A DNA stretch of 64,000 bases from Fibrobacterales bacterium (GCA_051532035.1 JAOPTW010000012.1:1-64000); one strand, 5' to 3'; shown: positions 50,942 to 61,193, numbered from the stretch's first letter. A program made the numbers and translations. Notes: a model not told the origin generated them from the letters alone.

Positions 50942-53839
50942 ATGAGCAATAAATTTAATAGAGTAGTAAAGCTATATGGCCTGTTTGTTGATGGGGACGG
51001 TATTGTTAATAAAGAGTATGCTTTGAAGGAGTTGAATTGCTCAGAAAATACTTTTAAACGATTGTTAGCGGAGTTACGGAACTCTGGGATGCCCATTGAG
51101 TACGATCGAACGACCAAGATGTTTCAATGTGACCCTGCTGAACTTCATCGGTTTGAATTACCAGCTAGTGATGCTGGGGAAAAAATATTCAATCATTTAC
51201 AGCAGGTTAGAGTAAATCATCCGACTTCTGATTCTATGAAGGTATTTGCCGCTGGCTCTACATGGGGGGAAGTAAATAAAGCTTCAGAATTTTTTAAAAT
51301 GGGGGTTTGGGAATCTGGATATCAAGAAAAATATGCCGATGTAATAAGGTCGGCACAGCCTGGTGATGTAATCATACTTAAGTCAACCTATGCAACTAAA
51401 AATACTGGTTATTTACGAGTAAAAGGTGTTGGACATGTAATTCGAAATCTTGGTGATGGTAAAATGCTAGAAGTTGATTGGATTGTTATTAATAAAAAAA
51501 TCGACATACCAGAGCTGAGTAAATACAGGAATACATTTGGATTAATTACTGGGGCTGATCCAAAGATAATTTTGAATTCATTAAGAGAATACGGCATAGA
51601 TTTAAAAGATAACTTTACTTTTTCTATCAAGAAAAAAGAGACCGAAACTTATGCCAAGTTGGATTCTGATTCATATGATGGACCTGATTTATTAGGATTG
51701 TCTGCGGATTACAAGGCCTTTTCAAAAATTATAGTAGCATCTGACTTTAGGCCTCCGTTGGCAATAGCATTATTTGGTAATTGGGGGGCAGGCAAAAGCT
51801 TTTTTATGAAAAAAATAGAAGAGCAGATTGGTATTTACTCAATGGAAAAAGGCGACTCTCCATATTGCAAGGGAGTAGCTCACATTGGTTTCAATGCATG
51901 GTCTTATCTTGATACAAATCTTTGGGCTGGTATTATTACGACTATTTTTGAGGGTTTAGACAAATATATTAATGATAATTCTGGGAGTGAGAAATACAAG
52001 ACGGGGGTTAAAAATGAACTTATTAAAAATTTGAACTTCACAAATGAAGAATATGAGCGGTTAAAATATGAAAAATCAATTTTAACAAGCAGAACAGGCA
52101 AATTGGAAGAACTAAAAAAACAGCTAGAAGATGATTTGTCTAAAAAGAATAAAGAAATAGGTGTAAATACTTTGACAAACGCTTATGCTAAAGTAAATGA
52201 GGAATTTGATTTAGATCAAAGGTTTGATGAAATTAGAAATGAATACCAATTACCTACTTTAAAAAAAGAGGACCTAAAGTTTTTTATAGCCAAAAATGGT
52301 ATTAAAGGAATTACTTCGTTATCATCGAAAATGATTGCTTTTAACGGTCTATTTAGTGCTGTATTTAGATGGCAGGTCTTGAGTGGGTTGATAGTAGGGG
52401 CTATTATATTAGGAGCCTATTGGTTGTGTTTAATTGTAATGAGCAAATTTGAAATATCGACTATTTTTAATAACCTGTCAACAAATCTATTACTTCCAAT
52501 TTTTGGAGCTGTCTCTGGATATTTAGCCTCTATAAAGAAAATACTTCCTTGGGTGACGTTTCTATGGAGGCTTAAAAATGATCATAAAAACAAACTGAAT
52601 GAAGAAAAAGATAAATGGTTACAAATATCTCAATCTACTGAACTTGAAAGAGTGGCACTAAGTGATCAGATTAGTAGGGTAGAGTTTGATATGGTAAATA
52701 TTAAACTTGAAAATGAAAAATTATCACATACATTAGAAAATACACTTACGACTGAAGCGCTGAAGCTATTTATAGCCCAAAAAGCAAATGGAGCAGGGTA
52801 TTCTCAATACTTAGGTTTAGTTTCATTGATAAGAAAAGATTTAAACATCTTAAGTGAACTGTTTTTAGAAAGTGATAAAGAAGTAAATTTTTTAAAAAAT
52901 ATGGATAAACCATTAGAACGAATAGTGCTCTATATTGACGACTTAGATAGGTGCCCAGAAAACAGAGTTGTTGAGGTGCTTGAAGCTGTAAATTTGTTGA
53001 TGGCATTTCCCCTTTTTGTTGTAGTTGTTGGGGTTGATCAACGTTGGGTTGAAAAATCATTGGACTTTCATCACAAACCAATTAACGAAAATAGATGCCA
53101 ATGTTCAACTAATGATGATCAAAAAGATGTAGTCATCAGTGCAAAAAATTATTTAGAAAAAATATTTCAAGTTCCATTCCATTTAAAGGCTGCGAATGAG
53201 CAGAGTGTTAAAAAAATGGTTGATGACCTTTGTTATAGCTCGATAACTTTAGGTGAAAAAATAAATGATAACGGTAGTGATTATTTTAGCTCAGACGAAA
53301 CGCAGAATAGCACTAGATTTTTTGATCAAGAGGACATGGTACAAGACTCTAAGTCGATACCTTTTGACGCATTAAATCACCCACAAATGGAAAAGATAAC
53401 TTCTATAATATTATCAGATTTTGAAATTAATATGTTAAAGGATTTTACTTTTCTAATTGGAAAGAATCCAAGAGCTGTAAAAAGATTTATTAATACATAC
53501 CGAATAATTCGAACTCATGAAGATATTCAGGCGATTAATAATGATAAAGAAGTCTTGTATACTTCAATTATGTTATTGTTAGCGCTACCAATTGGTAGAT
53601 TCGATAGGTTTGTTGCATCATTGGGGGAATTTATAAATGTTGGTAATGGAACTTTTTATGAGTATTTTGAATCAATAGAGGATATAGGTATGGTTAGTGA
53701 TGCTCAAGATATCAGGATCTTTTTTGAGCGAGATAGATATAGGGAAACGATCCTCAATGCTCAAGTAAATGATTTAAAAGATTTAGCAGTAATTGTTTCA
53801 CGTTTTACGTTTCAAAATGTGTTCCAGGAATCATTTTGA
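50942..53839 (+). CDS. KAP-family P-loop NTPase with TM helices, fused to an N-terminal HTH and a McrB-N/EVE-like domain
   Basis: AIALFGNWGAGKSF (Walker A), FNAWSY, VLYIDDLDRC (Walker B), YLEKIFQVPF, NPRAVKRFIN; hydrophobic insert near aa 470-540. Confidence 0.88.
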   Translation: MSNKFNRVVKLYGLFVDGDGIVNKEYALKELNCSENTFKRLLAELRNSGMPIEYDRTTKMFQCDPAELHRFELPASDAGEKIFNHLQQVRVNHPTSDSMKVFAAGSTWGEVNKASEFFKMGVWESGYQEKYADVIRSAQPGDVIILKSTYATKNTGYLRVKGVGHVIRNLGDGKMLEVDWIVINKKIDIPELSKYRNTFGLITGADPKIILNSLREYGIDLKDNFTFSIKKKETETYAKLDSDSYDGPDLLGLSADYKAFSKIIVASDFRPPLAIALFGNWGAGKSFFMKKIEEQIGIYSMEKGDSPYCKGVAHIGFNAWSYLDTNLWAGIITTIFEGLDKYINDNSGSEKYKTGVKNELIKNLNFTNEEYERLKYEKSILTSRTGKLEELKKQLEDDLSKKNKEIGVNTLTNAYAKVNEEFDLDQRFDEIRNEYQLPTLKKEDLKFFIAKNGIKGITSLSSKMIAFNGLFSAVFRWQVLSGLIVGAIILGAYWLCLIVMSKFEISTIFNNLSTNLLLPIFGAVSGYLASIKKILPWVTFLWRLKNDHKNKLNEEKDKWLQISQSTELERVALSDQISRVEFDMVNIKLENEKLSHTLENTLTTEALKLFIAQKANGAGYSQYLGLVSLIRKDLNILSELFLESDKEVNFLKNMDKPLERIVLYIDDLDRCPENRVVEVLEAVNLLMAFPLFVVVVGVDQRWVEKSLDFHHKPINENRCQCSTNDDQKDVVISAKNYLEKIFQVPFHLKAANEQSVKKMVDDLCYSSITLGEKINDNGSDYFSSDETQNSTRFFDQEDMVQDSKSIPFDALNHPQMEKITSIILSDFEINMLKDFTFLIGKNPRAVKRFINTYRIIRTHEDIQAINNDKEVLYTSIMLLLALPIGRFDRFVASLGEFINVGNGTFYEYFESIEDIGMVSDAQDIRIFFERDRYRETILNAQVNDLKDLAVIVSRFTFQNVFQESF

Positions 53840-53920
53840 TTTTCTGAGTAAATTGTCATCAATAATACCAATATCAGCAGTTGGAATAGCTGAAAGTTAA
53901 ACTAAAATAATGAGGTCTAT

Positions 53921-54877
53921 ATGAATCCAAAAGTTTTTTTAAGTCATGCCAGTGAGGACAAAGAAAGGTTTGTTATTGAATTTGCAAAACAGTTAAGGTC
54001 CAAAGGCGTAGATATATGGTTAGATAAATGGGAAATGTTTGTCGGTGATAGTCTAGTTGATAAAATATTTGAAGAAGGGTTAAAAGAAGCGGAAGCTATA
54101 ATCATTGTCATTTCCGAAAATAGTATAAATAAGCCATGGGTAAAAGAAGAGCTGAATGCAGCTATTGTGAGACGTATATCAAATGGGACAAAAATATTAC
54201 CTGTTATTATTGATGACTGTGAAGTACCTATGTCTTTAGTTTCAACTATCTGGGAAAAAATCTCCAATCTAGAGTCATATGATAATAGTGTGCGTACAAT
54301 TGTTAACTCTATTTTCGGTTTAAACGATAAGCCAGCTTTGGGAGATGTACCGCAACATGTCTCATCAAAATATTTTGAAATTGCTGAGCTCACAAAATCA
54401 GATAATATCGTATTAAAAGGCCTGTGTGAACATGTTTTAAAAAGTGATTCAGAACATTTGGATCCAGAAGTGGTTTTTGGTGATGGATCATATATTGGAT
54501 TGAGCGAAGATGAAATAAAGGAATGTATTGATATTTTAGAAGATATGTATTTTATTAAAGTTTCTAGGTTTTCTAGTGGAAATTTTCAGTATAGTTACCA
54601 TTGCCTTATTAGAATCACAGCTTTTGGGTTTCATGAATATGCATGTGCTTATTTGTCAAATTATGACGATACAATAAATAAAACTGTGTCAATGATTGTG
54701 AATGAAAATATCCATTCAGCCCAGATAGTCCACGAAAAATTAGATGTCAATCTCTATATTGTTAATTCAATTTTTCAACTACTCGAGGATAATGGTCATG
54801 TCGTACTTAGTTCAATGGTTAGTCCTTTTGAAAACATAAATAAAGTTGAAGTAAGTTTAAAAAGATCATTGCGGTAA
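53921..54877 (+). CDS. TIR-domain protein (TIR_2) with a helical/wHTH-like C-terminal region
   Basis: KVFLSHASEDK, WLDKWEM.VGDSL, SINKPWVKEEL (catalytic Glu), ILPVII. Confidence 0.9.
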   Translation: MNPKVFLSHASEDKERFVIEFAKQLRSKGVDIWLDKWEMFVGDSLVDKIFEEGLKEAEAIIIVISENSINKPWVKEELNAAIVRRISNGTKILPVIIDDCEVPMSLVSTIWEKISNLESYDNSVRTIVNSIFGLNDKPALGDVPQHVSSKYFEIAELTKSDNIVLKGLCEHVLKSDSEHLDPEVVFGDGSYIGLSEDEIKECIDILEDMYFIKVSRFSSGNFQYSYHCLIRITAFGFHEYACAYLSNYDDTINKTVSMIVNENIHSAQIVHEKLDVNLYIVNSIFQLLEDNGHVVLSSMVSPFENINKVEVSLKRSLR

Positions 54878-55123
54878 TTCTTTCGATTGCCAACATTGAT
54901 AACGCAAGATGAATTAGACTCAGGGGATAAGTTTTTAATATACTGATGCAGTAGATTTGTATGCATCTTAGTTCATGCTAAACTTTTGCTTAAGATAATG
55001 GGCGAAAGGGGGGGACAAATGAATTCGTTATTATTAAAAAGGAAATTATGATACTCACCATAGTTACTATAATTATTATAATAATGGTGATAATGTTTGG
55101 ACTTCACCCGATTTAGTGGTCAG

Positions 55124-55984
55124 TTAAGCAGCAAATTTTCTCTTCTCAAATTCCATCGGGCTGATGAAACCAAGATGACTATGCCGACGTCTTGAATTAT
55201 AGAAAGTTTCAATGTATTCAAACACTTCTGCACGAGCTTCATTACGAGTTCTATAAATTTTTCCCTGTATTTTTTCTTTTTTGATGGTACTATTGAAGGA
55301 TTCAATCGCTGCGTTATCAAAACAGTTACCTCGTCTACTCATACTAACCTCAAGATTATGATCTCTGCAAAAGCGTTTCCAAGAATCAGAGCCATATTGG
55401 GAACCTTGATCTGAATGAATATTTACCTTATTTTTTGGTTTTCGATTAAATACTGCCATTGTAAGCGCATCAAGAACAAGGTCCTTTTTCATGTGGCCCT
55501 GCATTGAGTACCCAACAACACCCCTGGTGCAAAGGTCTTCGACTACCGCAAGATACAACCAGCCTTCATAGGTTTGAATTTGAGTTATATCAGTCACCCA
55601 TACTTTATTCGGTTTCGAGATACTGAATTCTTGATTGACTAAATTAGGATGAGTATTATCGGGTTTTGAATACTTCTGCTTTCTCTTTTTGTAGCTACGA
55701 ATAGGTCTTATAGCAGCTTGATGCATTAATCGTGCAACTCTCTTCTGTCCTATACTCCAGCCAGCTTCTTTTAAATCGTGATAAATCCTAGGGGTTCCAT
55801 AGGTTTCATGACTTTCAGCAAAGAAGTATTTTACCTCTTTAAGAATCTGCTGATCCTCTATAGCCCTGTCAGATAAAGGTTTATCGAGCCATTTGTAAAA
55901 TCCAGATTTGGTGATTTCCAAAACTTTACACATCAATGATATAGGGAATACCATTTTGTTATCCTTGATAAAGGTGTAACTCAA
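55124..55984 (-). CDS. IS3 OrfB DDE transposase (rve core)
   Basis: YGTPRI, WVTDIT, HSDQGSQY, SRRGNCFDNAAIESF, FYN.RRRHS.LG. Confidence 0.95.
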   Translation of the reverse strand: MSYTFIKDNKMVFPISLMCKVLEITKSGFYKWLDKPLSDRAIEDQQILKEVKYFFAESHETYGTPRIYHDLKEAGWSIGQKRVARLMHQAAIRPIRSYKKRKQKYSKPDNTHPNLVNQEFSISKPNKVWVTDITQIQTYEGWLYLAVVEDLCTRGVVGYSMQGHMKKDLVLDALTMAVFNRKPKNKVNIHSDQGSQYGSDSWKRFCRDHNLEVSMSRRGNCFDNAAIESFNSTIKKEKIQGKIYRTRNEARAEVFEYIETFYNSRRRHSHLGFISPMEFEKRKFAA

Positions 55985-56253
55985 TTGGATTCGTTTGCGA
56001 AGTACACCGCGGCCTTTTTTAAGATATCTCGTTCTTGCTGAGCTTTTTTTTACTCCTTTCGAAGACGAGCATTTTCATCTTCAAGGGAATTAATATTAGT
56101 AGTCTTTTTGTGAATGCGTTGACCATTGAGCCATTTGTAAATTGTTGGATTAGATACTCCAAGACGATCGCATTTTTCTTTTACAGAATAGTCCTTCTCT
56201 CGAACTAGGTTGATAGCATCTTTCTTGAATTGATCTGAATATGATTTTGACAT
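55981..56253 (-). pseudogene. IS3 OrfA with premature TAA (56050-56052)
   Basis: HTH YSDQFKKDA...LGVS..TIYKW; frame continues after the stop as KKAQQERDILKKAAVYFANESN. Confidence 0.88.
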
Positions 56254-56544
56254 GGACTTTCTCCAGTTATAAAATGTAGATTTTTATTGTACACTATAAC
56301 GGGTGAAGTCCAATACGCACCTAGGCGGACAGTGTTCTTGGCTGACTCCTAAGGAATTGCACATATAACAGGTCTTATTGCTCATATTTGTTTATCTTCA
56401 TTTTTTAATCTACGAGTAAACTCGATCTAAGTCCTATGATACCTTTATAATAATGGGATGATATTAGGTGAAATCTAGTTAATTATTGAATTAACCACTA
56501 AAAATATCAATATTTAACTTACAGCACAACTAAAGAGGTTTTGA

Positions 56545-56724
56545 GTGGATAATCGTTGGCTTTCAGTAGAAGAGATTGGTGATTATATGGGTGTTAAGAA
56601 GGATACAGTTTATATGTTTATTAAAGGCAGAGGAATGCCCGCTCATAAAATTGGTAAAGCATGGAAATTTCAAACAACTTAAGTTGATGTATGGGTTAGA
56701 GAAGGAAAGGCAGGTGAAAAATGA
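56545..56724 (+). pseudogene. Excisionase/Mad1-like small HTH DNA-binding gene with in-frame TAA (56680-56682)
   Basis: GTG start after GAGG; MDNRWLSVEEIGDYMGVKKDTVY...GMPAHKIGKAWKFQTT*VDVWVREGKAGEK; ATGA overlap with next gene. Confidence 0.85.
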
Positions 56725-57890
56725 AAATTCAAACTGAAACTGAAAAATGTATTACGGAAGATGATTTTGCTGAAGTAGAGAATAATGACACAACGCCTGA
56801 AAATGATAATGAAGAAGATCTTTCTGAACCAGTAATCCAGGAACCTTTCAATCCAGCTGAAATAAATATTACCCATAAACAAGATACTCTACGTAACCTT
56901 ATAGACCGATTGAGTGATAAAGAAATTGATATGAATACAGACTTTCAGCGCCATGCAGAATTATGGGATAATGCTAAAATGTCTAGGCTTATAGAATCAA
57001 TACTCATTCGTTTTCCTTTACCTGCATTTTATTTTGATGCCTCCAATGAAGATAATTGGCTAATTGTTGATGGACTACAGCGGCTTTCTGCAATCAGAAA
57101 ATTCGTAATTGATAAGAAGCTAAAACTACGTGGTTTGGAATACCTTAAAAAAGATTTTGATGGGTTAGGGTATGATGACCTTCCCAAAACCTATAAAAGA
57201 AGAATCAATGAATGTCCTGTAACTTTATTTCTAATTCAAGCTGGAACACCTGATGCAGTAAAATATTCAATATTTAGAAGAATCAATACTGGTGGTTTAG
57301 TTTTAAATGATCAAGAAATTCGTAATGCTATGGCCAAACCAGACATACGTAGTTATTTGGAAAATATAGCCGATGATGATGATTTAAAAAAAGCAATTGG
57401 AGACCAGTCTCGCAGAATGGTTGATCAAGAAATGGTTCTTAGATTTTTAGCTTTTCATTTTATGGACTATGAATCTAGTAAAAAGAATATCGCCACTTTC
57501 TTAGACGAAATGATTGATAAACTTGAAAACTCCAGTAAGAGTGATTTAGAGAATTATCGAGAATCCTTCCAAACTGCTATTAAAAGAAGCTTAGGAATAT
57601 TTGGTGATTCAGCTTTTGAAAAATGTATAAATGGCCAAAATTCAAGACGACGACGACGAAAGAGCTCTACTCTCTTTGAAGTTTGGACGAATGCCCTTGT
57701 GCAGTTAAATGAGGCTGATAGCTTAGTTCTTCTCAACAATAAGCAGCTATTGATAGATAAGCACATTGATCTAATGTCTAATGATAATGATTATTTTCGA
57801 TCTATCACCTATTCTACTCAGAAAAAAGATCACTTTCGTACAAGGCGAGATAAAGTAAATACAATAATTAATGAGGTTCTTAATGCTTAA
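56721..57890 (+). CDS. DUF262 (ParB/Srx-like) protein, Menshen NsnA-like
   Basis: FQRH..LW, SRLIESIL, VDGLQRL, FRRINTGG..L..QEIRNA. Confidence 0.88.
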   Translation: MKIQTETEKCITEDDFAEVENNDTTPENDNEEDLSEPVIQEPFNPAEINITHKQDTLRNLIDRLSDKEIDMNTDFQRHAELWDNAKMSRLIESILIRFPLPAFYFDASNEDNWLIVDGLQRLSAIRKFVIDKKLKLRGLEYLKKDFDGLGYDDLPKTYKRRINECPVTLFLIQAGTPDAVKYSIFRRINTGGLVLNDQEIRNAMAKPDIRSYLENIADDDDLKKAIGDQSRRMVDQEMVLRFLAFHFMDYESSKKNIATFLDEMIDKLENSSKSDLENYRESFQTAIKRSLGIFGDSAFEKCINGQNSRRRRRKSSTLFEVWTNALVQLNEADSLVLLNNKQLLIDKHIDLMSNDNDYFRSITYSTQKKDHFRTRRDKVNTIINEVLNA

Positions 57891-58986
57891 TTTTATTAGA
57901 ATTCAACGATTTAAGGCTCTTAATGATGCAAGTTTTCCATTAGCCTCTCTTAATCTTTTTAGCGGATTAAATGGGATGGGAAAATCATCTGTAATCCAAG
58001 CTTTGCTTCTTTTAAGGCAATCTGAAGAAAACCACACATTATTAAATAAAGGGTTATTGCTTAAAGGAGACTATGTTTCAGTGGGCACAGGGCAAGATAT
58101 TCTTTCAGAAAATGCCGAAAAGGAAACAATAGAGTTTACACTTACGTGGAACAGTGATAAACCCGTTAATTTTATTTTTAATTATTCGGGTAAATCTGAT
58201 CTTCAGCCTCTTGGTTCAAAACTTGTTATTTCGCATAAAAATGATCTAAACCTTTTTTCAAAAAAATTCCAGTACCTTTCTGCTGATCGGATAAGTCCAA
58301 AAGCTGCTTATGAGGCATCTGATTATTATATTAAGGATTTGAACTCTTTAGGTAATCACGGAGAATATACAGCGCATTATATTGCTGAAAATGGACTAGA
58401 TCCATTGCCTATAAAAGCTTTAAAGCACCCTGATGCTCCATCTCTTTCATTGTTGGATAGTCTCGATAAATGGATGTCAGAAATATCACCTGGAATAAGA
58501 ATACATGCACAGCTGCATCAGACTCTAAATTCCGTTTCTTTGAATTATGCTTTTGAACAAGGTAATGAGATGACTGCTGATTTTAAACCTCAAAATGTTG
58601 GTTTTGGACTTACTTTTGTACTGCCAGTTTTGGTCGCTATACTAAGATCAAAACCAGGAGATATGCTCATTATTGAAAATCCTGAAGCACATTTGCACCC
58701 TGGGGGACAGTCAGTTTTGGGCCGTCTCTGCTCTTTGGCTGCAAAAAATAATGTGCAACTCTTTATTGAATCTCATTCAGATCATTTTTTGAATGGAATA
58801 CGTGTTGCAATTAAACAGGGTGTTATTCCTAATCAAGATGTCAAACTTTTTTACCTTGAAAGAAGTACCGATTCTACACATGAATCAATTGTAATTTCAC
58901 CAAAAATTGATAGTAATGGAAGAATTGATATTTGGCCACAAGGTTTTTTTGATGAAAGTGATAAGCTGTTGGAGAAGCTTTTATGA
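57883..58986 (+). CDS. ABC/AAA ATPase with DUF3696 C-terminus, Menshen NsnB-like
   Basis: GLNGMGKSS, NVGFG signature, IENPEAHLHP, ESHSDH, IDSNGRIDIWPQGFFD. Confidence 0.9.
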   Translation: MLNFIRIQRFKALNDASFPLASLNLFSGLNGMGKSSVIQALLLLRQSEENHTLLNKGLLLKGDYVSVGTGQDILSENAEKETIEFTLTWNSDKPVNFIFNYSGKSDLQPLGSKLVISHKNDLNLFSKKFQYLSADRISPKAAYEASDYYIKDLNSLGNHGEYTAHYIAENGLDPLPIKALKHPDAPSLSLLDSLDKWMSEISPGIRIHAQLHQTLNSVSLNYAFEQGNEMTADFKPQNVGFGLTFVLPVLVAILRSKPGDMLIIENPEAHLHPGGQSVLGRLCSLAAKNNVQLFIESHSDHFLNGIRVAIKQGVIPNQDVKLFYLERSTDSTHESIVISPKIDSNGRIDIWPQGFFDESDKLLEKLL

Positions 58987-59960
58987 TGTCAAGTATGGTG
59001 TTTAATCATCATTCGTTACCATTCAGTTCAGCTATGGAGGCAGACAGCAGTGTATTAGAGTTTTTGAAAATATGCATAAAAGCTCAAAATGTTGGCATTA
59101 AAACCGTTTTGATTGATGATGTTATTGATAAAAGTTGGTTCCGTGTCGAGCTTTCGAGTGGATATTATTGGCAAGATTGGTTTAACTCACATAATACCGA
59201 TGATAACAAAGATATAATACGCGTATTTAGAAGTGTAAACATTCAACAGCCATTATTTCGTTCTAAAGATATTGAAGAAGGAGCTGAGCTTTTTGAAGTC
59301 AATATTATAGATGAGAAATCATATTCAGCGATTACAGCTGCAGCGTGGCATCAGTGCCCTCTTGTTAGCTTTCCAACTGAATCCCTTTGGAAAACCCCTT
59401 TAATAAGCATAAAAATCAGAACACTAAATCGTTTAGCTGAAATAGTATCTACCCAAAGTAGTGTATTGAACTTTTTTTCCATTCGTTCATTTGAAAATGA
59501 AATAGATAATCTTATAAAACAGAGAAATGATTTAATTAAATCTGGAAAACAGATTGTCGAGCAGCGTAATACCTTTTTCACAAATGTGATTTTTTGTGGA
59601 GATTCCGTCCAGCAATTGCAGTATTGGTCAGCAAATAAAACATTGTTAGAGCAAGTCAAAGAGTCAATAACAGTTCTTAATAAATTTAGTGACTTATGGA
59701 AAATAGGAACATATCAAGCATATAACAAAGAGGCGTTACAGCAAGAAGGCTTAAATCATAGAGTTAGTGGGGAATCTGAAACAGTTCTTAATACTCCAAA
59801 TTTGAGGGCTGAACGTGAATTTTGGTTGCCAACTGGAGTAAAAAAAATATTTGATAACCATGTGAAATTAAGTAATGGCTATCGCTTGCATTTTTATCCT
59901 TGCAATGAATCAAAAAATATTTATGTCGGGCATATAGGTCCGCATTTAAATCTTTCTTAA
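58983..59960 (+). CDS. Putative effector with C-terminal RelE-like nuclease domain, Menshen NsnC-like
   Basis: SGESE....R, FDNHVKL.NGYRLHFYP....IYVGHIGPHL; translationally coupled third gene. Confidence 0.7.
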   Translation: MMSSMVFNHHSLPFSSAMEADSSVLEFLKICIKAQNVGIKTVLIDDVIDKSWFRVELSSGYYWQDWFNSHNTDDNKDIIRVFRSVNIQQPLFRSKDIEEGAELFEVNIIDEKSYSAITAAAWHQCPLVSFPTESLWKTPLISIKIRTLNRLAEIVSTQSSVLNFFSIRSFENEIDNLIKQRNDLIKSGKQIVEQRNTFFTNVIFCGDSVQQLQYWSANKTLLEQVKESITVLNKFSDLWKIGTYQAYNKEALQQEGLNHRVSGESETVLNTPNLRAEREFWLPTGVKKIFDNHVKLSNGYRLHFYPCNESKNIYVGHIGPHLNLS

Positions 59961-60299
59961 AAACCTGAATAGTGTAAGATGGTCACACTACACCATCGTA
60001 GCTTCGTGTGTAATTTTGCGGGTTTTAAAAATTAATAAAAAACTTACGGGACTGAAAACAGAAACAAATGAGAATTGCAAAGAATATTGATAACCCCCGG
60101 CCACAGCACACAACACGAAAAGGCATCAATAAATTTCCATAAAGATGAAATTCACTGCTGCCATTTTCGGAACGTTGAACCTCTAGCACTGGTGGGATAT
60201 GTTCTACACATAAGCGGGTATGCCCCGATATATATCCATCATACTTTTAGGCTCACAGTAGTAAGAGACACTATTATGAACCTATCGAGTTCAATTCTC

Positions 60300-61193
60300 T
60301 TACCTAGGATGCGGTATAAAACGAATACTGTTATCCATCATCATAGGAATAATAAACTGATCGCGCTCGGGAATATATTCAAAATCGGCTCCAACCGTAT
60401 TGATTGAAAAGAGTGATGTAGTGTCACCAGTTACCGAAACTTCATAAACCGTTCCCGAAAAATAGTCATTGGTATACAGTGCACCGTTTGATGCAGGCTC
60501 GAGTCCATCAAGATTACCCAATGGCGTTTGAGTGACTGCGGTAATCTCTTGGGTTGTGAGAGATATTTTAATGATCGATCCAGGGATAGATGTTTCAAAG
60601 CCATTGCCACTAAATGTTCCCCACGATGCAGTCACGAGAGTCTCACCCTCTATATAGAGACCATTAGGATGATCGAGAAGGGGGTCTTGTATAAAAAGTG
60701 TTAGAGAGTCTTGCTCAAGGCGGTACAGAGCATTGCCCATCATATCAGAGACATAGATTTGCCCTGACTGATCAATGGCGAGATCATTCAGAAACAGAGC
60801 ATTACTATTAGGGTATCGTGCTATTATTGCCCCTGTAGGTATATCTATGGCCACAAGAGCGGTAATGTCTGACACATAGAGTGTGTTCTGATTAATGACC
60901 ATCCCTTTAGGGGCATTGAGCCCGGTCACCCATGTCGTGTCTATCATTGTGCCGTCCAAAGAGACTTTGGATATGAACCCTTGGCCATCATGTTCATTGG
61001 GTGCGCCTTGCACATTAGAGACATAGAGTAGATTTCGTTCAGAATCGTGAATGACTGATTCAGGAGTATCAAACCCGGTGAGAGTAGTATCGATCCCTTG
61101 AGCAAGGGTAGGCTGTGTTGTTGTGCTGCATCCTGAGATAAGGGCAGTAGTAAGAGTTGTTATAAGTGCGGCTGATCGTATGAACGGTATCAT
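60300..61193 (-). CDS. SMP-30/gluconolactonase-like beta-propeller lipoprotein (ORF track start 61244)
   Basis: Lipobox ISGC; TPESV, LNAPKGM, FLNDL, PNGL, LDGL. Confidence 0.85.
   Translation of the reverse strand: MIPFIRSAALITTLTTALISGCSTTTQPTLAQGIDTTLTGFDTPESVIHDSERNLLYVSNVQGAPNEHDGQGFISKVSLDGTMIDTTWVTGLNAPKGMVINQNTLYVSDITALVAIDIPTGAIIARYPNSNALFLNDLAIDQSGQIYVSDMMGNALYRLEQDSLTLFIQDPLLDHPNGLYIEGETLVTASWGTFSGNGFETSIPGSIIKISLTTQEITAVTQTPLGNLDGLEPASNGALYTNDYFSGTVYEVSVTGDTTSLFSINTVGADFEYIPERDQFIIPMMMDNSIRFIPHPR

Larger units (their letters stand above)
55098..56312 (-). mobile_element. IS3-family insertion sequence (1215 bp), probably non-autonomous
   Basis: Terminal IRs TGGACTTCACCCG (13 bp perfect, about 25 bp imperfect); orfA/orfB layout; A6G frameshift motif at 56014-56020. 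Confidence 0.93.

Noticed and set aside
60075..60407. 110-aa plus-strand ORF
   Set aside because: Overlaps the convergent SMP-30-like gene and has no recognisable motifs
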